Source: Trueperaceae bacterium (GTDB lineage Bacteria; Deinococcota; Deinococci; Deinococcales; Trueperaceae). From it: a stretch of DNA of 64,000 nucleotides. Below are positions 45,254 to 56,744 of this stretch, one piece after another. Position numbers and translations under genes: made by a program. The notes under the pieces are model-generated. The model saw only the letters and a program-made list of their open reading frames with translations. It was not told where the DNA came from and searched no databases. The first letter of the stretch is position 1. The number at the start of each line of letters is the position of its first letter. The DNA lies in assembly GCA_034521815.1 (NCBI GenBank), contig JAXHLW010000013.1:928001-992000 (forward strand), in the 5' to 3' direction.

Positions 45254-46030
45254 TCAGGGAAGCTCGTCGCGCCAGGCGGCCGCGTCCGAGGTCGTGGCGA
45301 TCCCCAGCAAGCCCTGATCGTGCCGACCGTGCTCGGTGATCAGGACCGCCTCGAGCCGGGGGGCGTCGACGAACGCCTCGACGACCTCCAGCGCAGGGAC
45401 GTCCCGCGCGACGAAGATCCAGTCACGCCGGTCCTTCTGGACGGCCAGAACGTCGGCGACGGTCCGTCCTGCGATCGCGCCCAGCGGCCCGTCGGACGGA
45501 TCGCGAGGCGGCTCCGAGGGCGCATCGAACGTCGCCGCGAGCCAGCGGACGATCCCGGCCGCCGTGAGCAGCCCCTCGAACGCGCCGGCGTCGTACACGG
45601 GAAACTGGGTGATCGAGCGGTCGCGGATCGTCGCCAGCACGTCGGCCAGACGGTCGCTCACGTCCACGGCGACCACGTCGCGCCGAAACGCCTCGTCGGC
45701 ACGGACCGGCGTGACGAGGCGATCGTGGATCGCGCGGATCTCGTTCAGAACGTCCTGACTTGGAATCGACAGGTACGCGAAGCGCTCGTAGCGGTCGTGC
45801 ACGATCACGTTGCGCAGGTCGGAGAACGCCAGCATCGCTTCGAGGTCGCCGCGCCACCAGCGGTGCCGGTCCGCGAAGCGGTGCGCCGCGGTCTTGAACC
45901 CTTCGTGGTCGGCTACGCCGGTGCGCCGCTTCAGCTCGCGCTCGATCCGGTTGAACGCGGTCAGGAACTCCTCGGCCTCGTGCGTGCCGGGGGGCGGACC
46001 TTCAGGGCGATCGTCAGCTGGAGCGGTCAT
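45254..46030 (-). CDS. HEPN-like + tandem CBS domain protein
   Basis: FLTAFNRIE...LRNVIVH (Rx4H); ITQFPVYD and LLGIAT CBS motifs. Confidence 0.75.
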   Translation of the reverse strand: MTAPADDRPEGPPPGTHEAEEFLTAFNRIERELKRRTGVADHEGFKTAAHRFADRHRWWRGDLEAMLAFSDLRNVIVHDRYERFAYLSIPSQDVLNEIRAIHDRLVTPVRADEAFRRDVVAVDVSDRLADVLATIRDRSITQFPVYDAGAFEGLLTAAGIVRWLAATFDAPSEPPRDPSDGPLGAIAGRTVADVLAVQKDRRDWIFVARDVPALEVVEAFVDAPRLEAVLITEHGRHDQGLLGIATTSDAAAWRDELP

Positions 46031-46552
46031 GGCCGACTGTACCCAGCGCCCCTGCCGCCACGCCCTGCCCCCCGTGCGGCACGACCGCACCGACGTCCGC
46101 GAGGGGGACGGTCTCCTCCGCCAGGAAGCGCCTGAGGAACACGCGCGTGGCGCCCACCGCGGTCGCCTCGGCCGCGACGACGTGGGCCCGGCGCACGATC
46201 AGCGCGTTGTCCAGCAGGGTGGGAAGGCGACGCCGGACGTTCGTCTCGAGCCGGTCCAGCAGCGCGGCGGGGGCGCCGGCGAGGCCCCCGCCGATCACCA
46301 GCAGCTCCGGCTGCAGCAGGTGGACGAACGCGGCGACCTGGTCGCCGAGCACCCCAGCATCCGTGTGATCACGCGTTCTGCCGGCTGCTCGCCCTGGGCG
46401 GCGCGGAGGAGGATCTCGTCGAGCCGCCGCCGCACCTGCGCCGGGGTTCGCGGGGAAGGCGGGCGCTGGGAGGAGGGTCCCCGCACGGACTCCGGCCCCG
46501 GCGTGCCCGCGGCTTCGCGTTCGTAGCTGGCGACGAGTCCGTGCATGCGGAG
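46014..46552 (-). pseudogene. 5'-truncated ROK regulator (end of copy A)
   Basis: matches the 3' part of 57505-58777; homology stops at 46552. Confidence 0.85.
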
Positions 46553-46686
46553 GAAGTGAACGGCTCCGCGAAAGCGCGTCGTACGCGCGTGGATCGTCTC
46601 AGTCGGGGACGTTGGCGCCGCTGCCTACCGAAATCTAGGTAGCGTCCGGCCTACACCGCCGCGGTGTCCGAGTCGCAGGCGCCGTC

Positions 46687-47861
46687 ATCGACCGTATCGG
46701 CTTGCCGCGTCGCTGGCCATCAAGGAGATGGTCCGCAACGTAGCGCGCTTCGCCTCGATCAGCGCCGTGATCGCGTTGATCACCGTCCTGATCCTGTTCC
46801 TCTCCGGCTTGGGCGAGGGTCTGGGGCTGGGCAACCGGCAGTACGTCGGCGGCATCGACGGCGACCTGCTCGTCTACCAGACCACGGCCGACCTCCAGAT
46901 CGCCGCGAGCCAGCTGGACCGCTCGGTCGTCGCGTCGGTGCGGCGCGTGGACGGCGTCGCCGAGGTGGGCGCCATCGCCTTCGCATCGACCGTGATCGAG
47001 GGCGCAGGCGGCGAGGACGAGCCAGGGCTTGCGCGTGTCGCTGATCGGCGTGGAGCCGGGTCGCCGGGCGCGCCCCCTGTGCTGGAGGGACCCGGCTTCG
47101 CCTCGTCCAGCGGCAACGAGGTGGTGCTCGGTCGGCAGGCGGCGCTGCGCAGCGGCGCGACCGTCGGCGACGTGATCACCGTGCGATCGACGCAGGGTGC
47201 GGTGGACGAGCGGTACGACCTCCGCGTCGTCGGCGTCACGTCCGGCCAGCAGTACCAGATCGCGCCGTCGATCCTGGTCCCGTTGATCGCGTTCGACCGC
47301 GTCAAGCCGAAGTCGGACGCCTCGGTGGACCCGTCGCGCCTCCCGTTCAACCTCGTCGCGGTACGCACGGTCGCAGGCGCGACGCCCGAGACGGTCGCCG
47401 CCCGGATCGAGCAGGAGGTCCGATCGGTACGGGCGGTGGACCTGGTCACCGCGTACGAGAACATTCCCGGCTACGCGGCCCAACAGAGCACGGTCGACAC
47501 CCAGACGGGCTTCACGCTGGTCATCGGGATCCTCGTGGTCGGCGGGTTCTTTCAGATTCAGACGCTGCAGAAGCTGGGCCAGATCGGGATGCTGAAGGCG
47601 ATCGGAGCGTCCAACCTGATGGTCGCCACGGCGACGGTGCTCCAGATCGTGTTCACGAACCTCGTGGGCGTGAGCCTGGGAGCGCTGGGCACGTTCGCGC
47701 TGGCGGCCACGTTCCCCTCGACCGTCCCGATCGTGTTCCAACCCGGCAACGTCGCCGTCGCGGTCGGCGGACTCCTGGTGATCGGGCCGTTCGGAGGCCT
47801 CGTCGCCTTGCGGTCCGCCCTGCGCGTCGAGCCGCTGACCGCCTTGGGGCTCGGCACGTGA
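46687..47861 (+). CDS. ABC permease FtsX-like (copy B; start region has indels)
   Basis: near-identical to 33828-35000. Confidence 0.8.
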
Positions 47862-48655
47862 CCGTGGCGCGCAAGGCCTACGGTCGGTCGTCTGCGGGCG
47901 CCAAGTCCACGGCCGGACCGCCCGCGGTCGCAAGCGGGCCCGCGCTGATCGCGGAGGGACTGAGCAAGACCTACCCGCTGGGCGATCAGCTGATCCGCGC
48001 CGTCGACGACGTCTCGTTCGAGGTGCAGCCCGGCGAGTTCGTGGCGCTGGTCGGACCGTCCGGCTCCGGGAAGACGAGCCTCCTGGCCATGCTGGCCGGC
48101 CTTCTTCGGCCCACGGAGGGTCGGGTCCGCATCGCCGACCAGGAGATCGCCGAGCTGTCCGACCGTCAGCTCACGCGCTTCCGCAGGCGCAACATCGGCT
48201 TCACCTTTCAGGCGAACAATCTCCTGCCCTACCTCACGGTGCTCGAGAACGTCACGCTGATGCTGTCCCTGAACGGTCGTGCGAATCCGGGAAGCGTGGC
48301 ATGGGCGAAGGACCTCTTGGAGCAGCTGGGGCTGGCGGACCGCCTCCGCAGCCTGCCGTCCCAGCTTTCGGGGGGCCAGAAGCAGCGCGTGTCGATCGCG
48401 CGGGCCCTGATCCACCGTCCCGCCGTGGCGCTGGCCGACGAGCCGACGGCCAGCCTGGACACCGAGCGCGCGCACCAGGTGGTCGAAACGTTCGCGTCGC
48501 TGATTCATGACGACCGGCGGGCGGGGATCATGGTGACGCACGACCTCAGGATGTGCCGTCACGTCGACCGGGTCGTTCAGATGCGCGACGGCGTGCTCGA
48601 GCGCATCGTCGACGACCCTGAAGACATCCGTGCGCTTTCCGAGGGCGGCCCGTGA
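47858..48655 (+). CDS. ABC ATP-binding protein (copy B)
   Basis: near-identical to 34997-35794. Confidence 0.9.
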   Translation: MTVARKAYGRSSAGAKSTAGPPAVASGPALIAEGLSKTYPLGDQLIRAVDDVSFEVQPGEFVALVGPSGSGKTSLLAMLAGLLRPTEGRVRIADQEIAELSDRQLTRFRRRNIGFTFQANNLLPYLTVLENVTLMLSLNGRANPGSVAWAKDLLEQLGLADRLRSLPSQLSGGQKQRVSIARALIHRPAVALADEPTASLDTERAHQVVETFASLIHDDRRAGIMVTHDLRMCRHVDRVVQMRDGVLERIVDDPEDIRALSEGGP

Positions 48656-48731
48656 CGCCCTACCTTCGGGACCTCGCCGCGCGGCGGACGATCCCCACTC
48701 GACCACGGTCGCTGTGCGACCAGGAGGCATC

Positions 48732-49928
48732 GTGCGTCTGATCCGACCGCTTCTGCTGATTCTCCTCGGAGCGGGCGCCGTGGTGGGCGCCGCCTTCGTC
48801 CTTCGCGCCCAAGGGGTCCTGACGTTCGGAACGCCGGACGACACGATCGTCCAGGACTCACGAACGCCAGGCATCGACGACCGACCTGCGAACCCGCCTA
48901 GCGGCGCAGCGGACGCGTCTCCCACGACGTCGGAATCCGCCTCCCCGAGCGACGAGTCGGCTGAGCCGCAACCCGTCGCGGGCGTGCCGTCCTCCGCCGA
49001 AGCGGAGGTGCGTCCGCTTCGCAGCTCCGACCTGGCGTTCTCGGGGAACGGGCGTCCTGGTCGAGCGGTTCGTAGCTGAAGGCGACGACGTCGTGGCCGG
49101 CGATCCCCTGCTGCGGCTCGACGACGAGCGGGAGCGTGCGCGCCTCCGCGAAGCCGACGCCGCCTTGGCTGCGGCCGCCGCTCGCCTGCAGGCGGCCCAA
49201 GCCGGCGAGCGAGCGGCCGAGCGTCAGATCGCTGTCGCCGACGCCGCCGTTCGCGTGGCCGAGGCTCAACGTGACGCGGCCCAGGCCGCGCTGCGGCTGA
49301 CGGCGACGCAGGCCGAAGCGACCGTCGCCGAAGCGGAAGCGCGCATGCGCCAGGCGGAGGCGGGTGTCGTGCAGGCCGAGGCGAACCGCGAGGCCGCACG
49401 CGCGGCCCTGGCGCAGGCCGCGGCGAACACGTCGCTGGCCGCGGCGCAGCGCGATCAGGCCGAGGCGGTCCAGGCAACGGCGTCCCTGGCCGTCCGCGAG
49501 AGGACGCTCACCGCTCCGTTCGACGGCCGGGTGGTCTCGATCGGCGCCGAGGTCGGCGAGACGCTGGGCGGTCCCGGAGGAAGCCCACCGGGCGGACCGG
49601 AGCAGGAGAGCTCGGGTGCCGGCACCGCGGTACGGCTGGCCGACCTGAGCGGCTGGCGCGTCGAGACGACGAACCTCGACCGAGCTCCAGGTGGTCGGCG
49701 TGCAGTCCCGGCGACGAGGTCACGGTCGAGATCGACGCCCTACCGGGGTTGAGTATCGACGGCGTCGTCGAGCGCATCGGCTACCGGGCGGAGCCCGTGC
49801 GTGGAGAGGTGACCTACCTGACGACGGTCCGGTTGCTCGACGCGTCGCTCACGGATGCAGCGCGCGCGGCGCTTCGCCCCGGCATGACCGCCGTGGTGCG
49901 CGGGCTGGTGCGCGGGCTGGTGCGCTGA
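48732..49928 (+). CDS. HlyD-type membrane fusion protein (copy B), frameshifted
   Basis: paralog of 35871-37064. Confidence 0.78.
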
Positions 49929-50035
49929 CCATCCCCTGAAATGGTCGATGCGGCGTTCCTCCCTATCAGGAGCGCCGGCCGCGGCACCGGGCGGGTCCGA
50001 TCGTCCCGAGCCTGACCGGTTATCGTAGATCGTAG

Positions 50036-50431
50036 ATGAACGATGAACGCTCTCTCACGACATCCGCTACGACCCATCGTGCCCCTGCGCGTGGGCTCGC
50101 AACCTCGGGACGGACGGCCACGGCGGAGGAGGCGCGCCTCGCCAGCCTAGCCAAGGCACTCGGTCACCCCGCCCGGGTGCGCATCCTTCGCCTCCTCCTC
50201 GCAACCGACACGTGCATGTGCGGTGCCATCTGCGACGTCGTCTCACTCGCGCAGTCGACCGTGTCGCAGCACCTGAAGGTGCTGAAGCAGGCGGGTCTCA
50301 TCGCGGGTGAGATCGACGGCCCCCGGGTGTGCTACTCACCCAACCGAGCCGCTCTGGCCGAACTGACGGCGCTGCTCTACCACCTCGAACCCGACGCCAC
50401 CCCTGCCCGCAAGGAGCCCACCGATGCCTGA
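50036..50431 (+). CDS. arsR: ArsR regulator (copy B)
   Basis: 1 aa different from copy A. Confidence 0.9.
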   Translation: MNDERSLTTSATTHRAPARGLATSGRTATAEEARLASLAKALGHPARVRILRLLLATDTCMCGAICDVVSLAQSTVSQHLKVLKQAGLIAGEIDGPRVCYSPNRAALAELTALLYHLEPDATPARKEPTDA

Positions 50432-51527
50432 CACCGCCCCCAAGCGCCTCTCGTTCCTGGACCGCTACCTCACGCTGTGGATCTTCGTCGCGATGGGGCT
50501 GGGCGTCCTGATCGGGACCGTCGTCCCCGGATTCGGCCGCGCCCTCGACTCGATGAGCGTCGGCGCGACGAACATCCCCATCGCCATCGGCCTCATCCTG
50601 ATGATGTACCCGCCGCTCGCCAAGGTGCGCTACGGGAAGCTGCCGCAGGTGTTTCGCAACGTCCGCATCCTGGTCCTCTCGCTGGTGCAGAACTGGTTGA
50701 TCGGGCCGTTCCTGATGTTCTTCCTGGCGATCACGTTCCTGCGCGACTACCCGGAGTACATGATCGGCCTCATCCTGATCGGCCTCGCCCGTTGCATCGC
50801 CATGGTGCTGGTGTGGAACCAGCTCGCCGAAGGCGACAACGACTACGCCGCCGGCCTCGTCGCCTTCAACAGCGTCTTCCAGGTGATCTTCTTCAGCGTC
50901 TACGCCTACGTGTTCATCACCGTGCTGCCGCCGCTGTTCGGGCTGCAGGGGAGCATCGTCGAGATCACGATCGGCGAGATCGCGCTCGCGGTCTTCATCT
51001 ACCTGGGCGTGCCGTTCATCGCCGGGATCCTCAGCCGCGTGCTGCTGATCCCCGCCAAGGGCCAGGACTGGTACGACCGGGTCTTCGTGCCACGCATCAG
51101 CCCGATCACGCTCTCGGCGCTGCTCTTCACCATCGTGATGATGTTCGGCCTCAAGGGCGGCACGATCGTGCAGATCCCGCTCGACGTCGTGCGCATCGCG
51201 GTGCCGCTTGGTGCTCTACTTCGTCATCATGTTCACCGTCAGCTTCTTCATGGGGCGCGCGTTCGGCGCCGATTACCCACAGACCACGACGCTCGCGTTC
51301 ACCGCGTCCGGGAACAACTTCGAGCTGGCGCTCGCCGTCGCGATCTCGGTCTTCGGTCTCAGCTCAGGCGTCGCGTTCGCAGCCGTCATCGGGCCGCTGG
51401 TCGAGGTGCCCGTGCTGATCTCGCTCGTGTGGGTGGCGCTCTACTTCCGCAAGCGCTTCTTCCCGGCAGCCCACGCCGAGGCCACCGCGGCGGCCGCAGG
51501 CCAGCCGGCCGGCGGTAGCGCGCGATC
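50424..51527 (+). CDS. acr3: ACR3 transporter (copy B), frameshift near 51208, stop region corrupted
   Basis: near-identical to copy A. Confidence 0.85.
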
Positions 51528-52293
51528 GAGCCCGGACCGCGGAGCGCCGACCTCGAGTCCGGTGCCGCCGTGCGCGACGAGCGCGCGCCTTGGCCCAGGC
51601 GATCGAGCAGAGCGAGGCGTTCCGTGCTACAAGGTGGCCGAGGCGGCGCTCGACGCAGACGCGGCGCTGGGCTCGACGCTCGCCGCGCTCCAGGCGCGAC
51701 CAAGGCTAGGCATCCAGCCTGGGCGGCGCCACCCCACGGAGGTGCGCGCCCTGCAGGGTGGCAGGACCTCGCGACGAACCCCATCCTCGTCGCGCACGCA
51801 GCGGCCCGCGAGACCTGATCGCACTGTTCGGCGAAGCGCATGGGGGTCAGCGAGGGCACGGGCATCGACTTCGGATCGGCCTGCGCGCCGGCTGGCGGGT
51901 GTTGCGGATGAGCACGTCGGGACCACGATCGACCCCAGCCGCAACGGCTCGCGGCCCCGAACGCCTTCGGAACTGGTCCAGGCCTGCGGTCGCCGCCATC
52001 GCGCGGTTCCGGGCGGCGGAGACGCTTCCGTGGCGACGAGGACGTGCGTGCCCTGCAGGCGCGCGTGCGTGCGTGCCACGAGCAACTGCAACGTGCGGAA
52101 CGCGCGAACCGCCATGACCCGACTCTTCCAGGACGCGCATGAAGCCCGGCGGCTGCAAGGGCATCCAGCGGTCGCCGAGTTCGTCGCGTCACGCCAAGAC
52201 GCGATGGATCTCGTGCGCGACGTGAACGAAGCGATGACCGAGGTGCTCGGCGTGGACCTCGGAGGAAGCGTGCGTCGTGCCTGTGCCTGCTGA
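51528..52293 (+). pseudogene. degraded or error-rich copies of the small ORF and two YlbF-like genes
   Basis: about 190-bp deletion plus many small deletions versus 38659-39682; Cys tails retained. Confidence 0.7.
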
Positions 52294-53055
52294 CGCGCGC
52301 AGGCGCCTCCTCGCGGTGTTCGCGCACCCGGACGATGAGACCTTCGTCGCCGGCGGCACGCTCGCCCGCTACGCCGCGACCGGCACCGAGGTAACCGTCG
52401 TGTGCGCGACGTCCGGCGAACTCGGCCGGCGCGGCGAGTACGGCGACCTTCCCCGCCCGGCGTTCGCCGACGTGCGTCGCCGCGAGCTCGAGGCCGCGTG
52501 CGCCGCGCTCGGCACGCGCCCACCAAGGTTCCTCGGTTGCACCGACAAGGGGTTGGACCACGATTGCCAGGAAGCGGCCACCGCCGAGGTGGCGGACATC
52601 ATCGAAGAGCTGCGACCCGACGTCGTCGTCACGTTCGGCCCCGACGGCGTCTCGGGGCACGCCGACCACCTGGCCATCGGCCAGATCGTGACCGCGGCCT
52701 TCTCCAAGGCGGGCAGGTCGTTGCCCGCGCCTGCTCCCGGCACGGAGCACGCCCACCCGGTCGCGCTCTACTACGTTCTGCGATCCGAGGCCGCGCCAGC
52801 ATGCTGCGCGGCTCGCGATGGCGCGCCGCCGCCGCCCCCCACCACCACGTCGATCGACGTTCGTGGCTACGGCGATCGCAAGCTCGCCGCCGTGCGCTGC
52901 CATCGCAGCCAGCACCACCTGCAACCCGCGACGCCGGAGCGTGAGGCAGCCATCCTGAGCGCTCCGGAGGCCTTCCACCGTGCGCTACCGGCGTGGACGG
53001 GAGGCTCGCTCAGACGCACCTCTTCGGGCTCACGGAGGCCGCGACGACGGATTGA
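52277..53055 (+). CDS. PIG-L deacetylase (copy B), frameshift near 3' end
   Basis: near-identical to 39666-40445. Confidence 0.85.
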
Positions 53056-53108
53056 GCCCGGCCCGCGGCCCACGAGCGCAGCGCCCGGGACCTCCGTCGG
53101 CCCGGCGC

Positions 53109-53357
53109 TTACGCCGCCGCGCTCGCCTCCTCGATCCAGCCGGCGATCTCCGCCGCAGGCGCGATCCGGCCGCTCGCCTTGAGCTGGTCGTCGATCACGA
53201 TCGCGGGCGTCGACATGATGCCGTACTGAAGGACGGCTCGAAAGTCCTCGACCTTCACGAGGTCGACCTGGACACCGGTCTGCTCCACGGCGAACACCGC
53301 CTCGAGGTAGAGCTGCTGGCAGCGTCTGCAGCCTGGGCCCAGGACCTTGATCGTCAT
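53109..53357 (-). CDS. small thioredoxin-family protein (copy B)
   Basis: IKVLGPGCRRC. Confidence 0.85.
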   Translation of the reverse strand: MTIKVLGPGCRRCQQLYLEAVFAVEQTGVQVDLVKVEDFRAVLQYGIMSTPAIVIDDQLKASGRIAPAAEIAGWIEEASAAA

Positions 53358-53683
53358 CACGACGCCGGGGCCGCCAGCCAGGCGAGCGCCTCGGCGGCCG
53401 TGTCCTGCACGGTCGCACTCTTCATGAGCCGGGCCACCAAAATCGCCTCCACGATCTCCTCGTCGCTGACGCCGGCCTTCCGAGCCTGCTTCGTCCACAT
53501 GAGCGTGCAGGTCGACGACTGCAGGGCGGCGGCGACGCCGATGCCGATGAGCAGCTTCTGCGTCAGCGGCAACGCCTGCAATGCCGGGTTCTCGAGGGTG
53601 GCGGCGCGGTGCTCCATGTAGGTGCGTGCGCCTTCGGGGGATGCGGTGCGAAGGATGTCCATGGGGGCGGCGGATGGGTTCAC
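53357..53683 (-). CDS. CMD/AhpD-like protein (copy B)
   Basis: identical protein to copy A. Confidence 0.8.
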   Translation of the reverse strand: MNPSAAPMDILRTASPEGARTYMEHRAATLENPALQALPLTQKLLIGIGVAAALQSSTCTLMWTKQARKAGVSDEEIVEAILVARLMKSATVQDTAAEALAWLAAPAS

Positions 53684-53909
53684 GGTGTCTCCTCTTCGAA
53701 ATGGGGTGGAGAGGTGCGCGGAGAACGCCGTCACGAAGGGCGTGAGCTAAGGACCCGCAACACCGCGGCACGCCTCGCGACGTGGTCGTCGGCACGGCTC
53801 AGGCGCAGCGCACCTCCGGACGCCACCGCCCACGATGTCGTGAAGCTGGCCCATCACCAAGGGCCATTCGTCCGTGGCCCGGCACGGCTCCGGCGAAGAC
53901 CGTGCGACT

Positions 53910-53960
53910 TATATGTTTGATGCGGGGACCCACGTGATAGGCCGAGAGCGACTGGGTGCT
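53910..53960 (+). mobile_element. 51-bp IS110 left-end scar
   Basis: matches 41300-41350 and is joined directly to the right target flank CAGTCG. Confidence 0.75.
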
Positions 53961-55305
53961 CAGTCGAACGCTGCCGCCGCCGGGACGCGCGCCGGCGTGT
54001 TGCACGGCATCCCCTCCTCGAACAGGGCACGCTCGTCCTCCGGCAGGCGTGCGCGCGCGAGGTCGCGAATGCCGTTCACGCCGATGAAGAACTCGCGCAT
54101 CATCACGACCAGCAGGTAGCGCCCCGTCTCGGTCAGCTCCAGCGCCTCCGCGTCGTCGCGCGAGAACGCGCCGGACGCCTTCAGGAACAGGTACTCCGCC
54201 CACAGCGCACGCTCGACCGGGGCGCCGTTGCGCTTGGCGAACGCGCTCTTGTCCAGTCGGAGCCCGAACAGGTCCATCATCAGCCGGTAGCGCCGCCGAT
54301 CGGCGCGGCTCAGCGGCATGTGGGCGTCCACGCTGAGACGGCCCTCGTCGATCGCGCCGGCGTAGGCCCGCAGGCTGAACGGGTTCGCGTACAGCTCGTC
54401 GTTCAGGTAGCTGAACGAGCCGCTGCCCACGCCGACGTACTCGTCGTGGTCCACGATGTACTCGTCGATCATCGTCGACGCCTCGCGCGAGAACGCCCAG
54501 GCCGACGTCGGCTTGAAGGTGTCCGACAAGGCTTCCGACAACAGCCGGTACTGGCGCTCCTCCTGTTGGTAGTCGACCGTGCCCAGCGCTCGCTCGAGCG
54601 GCTTCTCGACCGACGGCGACACCATCAGCGGGTAGTACGTCACCTGGTCCGCGCCGGTCGCCTTGAGCGACTCGATGTCCCGCTTCAGGACGTCGTCGGT
54701 CAGCGAGGGAAGGTTGAAGATCATGTCGACGTTGAGCGTGGTCGAGCCGGCCCGCGGCCAGCTCGACCCCGGCCAGGATCTCCTCCGCCGTGCCGTAGGC
54801 GTCGCGGCGCTTCATCTGACGAAGCAGCTCGTCGTCCAGGCTCTGGACCCCGACCGACAGCCGGTCCACGCGTCCGTCGAGCACGTCGAGAACGTCGTGG
54901 GTCAGGTGGTTCGGGTTCGTCTCGGTCGACACCTCGCCCACGCCGAACAGCTCACGGGCCAGGTCGATCGTCGCGACCAGCTCCTCCGGGATCACGGTCG
55001 GCGTGCCGCCTCCTATGTACATCGAGGAGAAGTCGTAGCCCAGGTCGGCCACCATCCGCATCTCTTCGCGAAGCGCGTGGAAGTAGCGGGTCGCCGCGTC
55101 CTGCTGGAACGGAAAGCGGTTGAACGAGCAGTACGGGCAGAGTCGATGGCAGAACGGGACGTGCGCGTACAGCAGATAGCCACCGTGATGGGTCGGCTTC
55201 GGGAGATCGCCCGGCTTGTGGGGCTCCAAGCGAAGCTGCTGCGACCGTAGACCACGAAGGCGGCGGGTGAGGAGTCGCTCCGCGATCATCGAAGCCGAGG
55301 TCCAC
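53960..55305 (-). CDS. HemN-like radical SAM protein (copy B), frameshifted
   Basis: paralog of 42471-43814. Confidence 0.85.
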
Positions 55306-55464
55306 GCCCGACGGCGTGCTGGCGTCCTACGTCGTTGAATGCGCATGCGACAAGGTATCGCATCGAGGCGAACCGACGGGCAGGACGAACGACCCGGCTC
55401 CCGTCGGGAATCCGACCGACGTGCGCCGGACCCCGGTGATGCACTGCGCCTTGGAGGTGCACGG

Positions 55465-55821
55465 ATGCACAAGATCGCGATCATCGTCCTGGCCGACACC
55501 GAAACGCACGGAGACCTGGGACGCGCCGTCAACGCCCTGGAGGTGGCCAAGGAGTTCGCCGAGGCGGGCGACGAGGTCGCCCTCGTGTTCGACGGAGCGG
55601 GCACGAAGTGGGTGCCGGTCCTCGACGACCCGTCCCACAAGCGGCACGCGCTCTGGACGTCGGTGAAGGACCACGTCGCCGGCGCGTGCGCGTTCTGCTC
55701 CACGGCGTTCGGCGCGAAGGACGGCGTCGAGGCGGCCGGCGTCGCGCTGTTGAGCGAGTTCGAGGAGCACCCCAGCCTGCGCGGCTACGTCGAGAAGGGC
55801 TACCGGATCCTCACCTTCTGA
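55465..55821 (+). CDS. DsrE-family protein (copy B)
   Basis: paralog of 43973-44329. Confidence 0.8.
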   Translation: MHKIAIIVLADTETHGDLGRAVNALEVAKEFAEAGDEVALVFDGAGTKWVPVLDDPSHKRHALWTSVKDHVAGACAFCSTAFGAKDGVEAAGVALLSEFEEHPSLRGYVEKGYRILTF

Positions 55822-55904
55822 CCGCCGAACGCGCAGGCCCCATGCGTCTGCCAAGCGCTGTTGGGCGCAAGGAGACGCAAAAAGGCACGAGGAGGCACGA
55901 CCCG

Positions 55905-56681
55905 ATGCATCTATTCCAAACCGCGATGGGGGTGCACGTGCCCGACGTCGGCGCGGATCGCATGCGCGAGCTCGACCGGGTGGCCGTGGACGAGTTCGGC
56001 ATCGATCTGCTGCAGATGATGGAGAACGCCGGCCGCGCCCTCGCCGCGACGGTCCGCGGCATGCTGCACGGGAGCGGTGGCGTGACCGTGCTGGCCGGCG
56101 GCGGCGGCAACGGCGGGGGCGGGCTGAGCGCGGCACGCCACCTGCACGGACGCGACGTCGAGGTCCGCGTGGTCCTCGCGCGGCCCGAGGACCGCCTCTC
56201 CGCGGCGACGGCGCACCAGCTCCGCACCCTGCGTGCCATCGGCGTCCCCATCGAGGGACCGGCGCACGCGGACCGCTGGATCGGCGAGGCCGAGGTCGCG
56301 ATCGACGCGCTGCTGGGCTACGGCGCGACGGGGCCGGCCGAGGGGACCATCGCCGACTTGATCCGAACGCTGAACCGTCGTGCGCGCCGGATCGTCTCGC
56401 TCGATCTCCCCTCGGGGCTCCACGCCACGCACGGCACCGTCGGCGGTCCGATCGTCCGTCCCGTTCGGACCCTCACGCTGGCGCTGCCCAAGACCGGCCT
56501 CGCCGACCCTGCCGCCGACCTCGCCGAGCTGTGGCTGGCCGACATCGGCATTCCGCCCGAGGCGTTCCACCGCGTCGGGCTGACGTCGTACCGGACGCCG
56601 TTCCGAACGGAGGACCGGGTCCCGCTTCGCTGCACCGGCACCTGGTCGACGCGCTGCCGCGACGTCGTGTCCCCTGGCTGA
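55905..56681 (+). CDS. nnrE: NAD(P)H-hydrate epimerase (copy B)
   Basis: paralog of 44414-45190. Confidence 0.85.
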   Translation: MHLFQTAMGVHVPDVGADRMRELDRVAVDEFGIDLLQMMENAGRALAATVRGMLHGSGGVTVLAGGGGNGGGGLSAARHLHGRDVEVRVVLARPEDRLSAATAHQLRTLRAIGVPIEGPAHADRWIGEAEVAIDALLGYGATGPAEGTIADLIRTLNRRARRIVSLDLPSGLHATHGTVGGPIVRPVRTLTLALPKTGLADPAADLAELWLADIGIPPEAFHRVGLTSYRTPFRTEDRVPLRCTGTWSTRCRDVVSPG

Positions 56682-56744
56682 GACGTCCGGTGGCGCGCCG
56701 CGACGACGCCCTGATCGACGACGCCCGGATCGGAGCGTCGCCGG

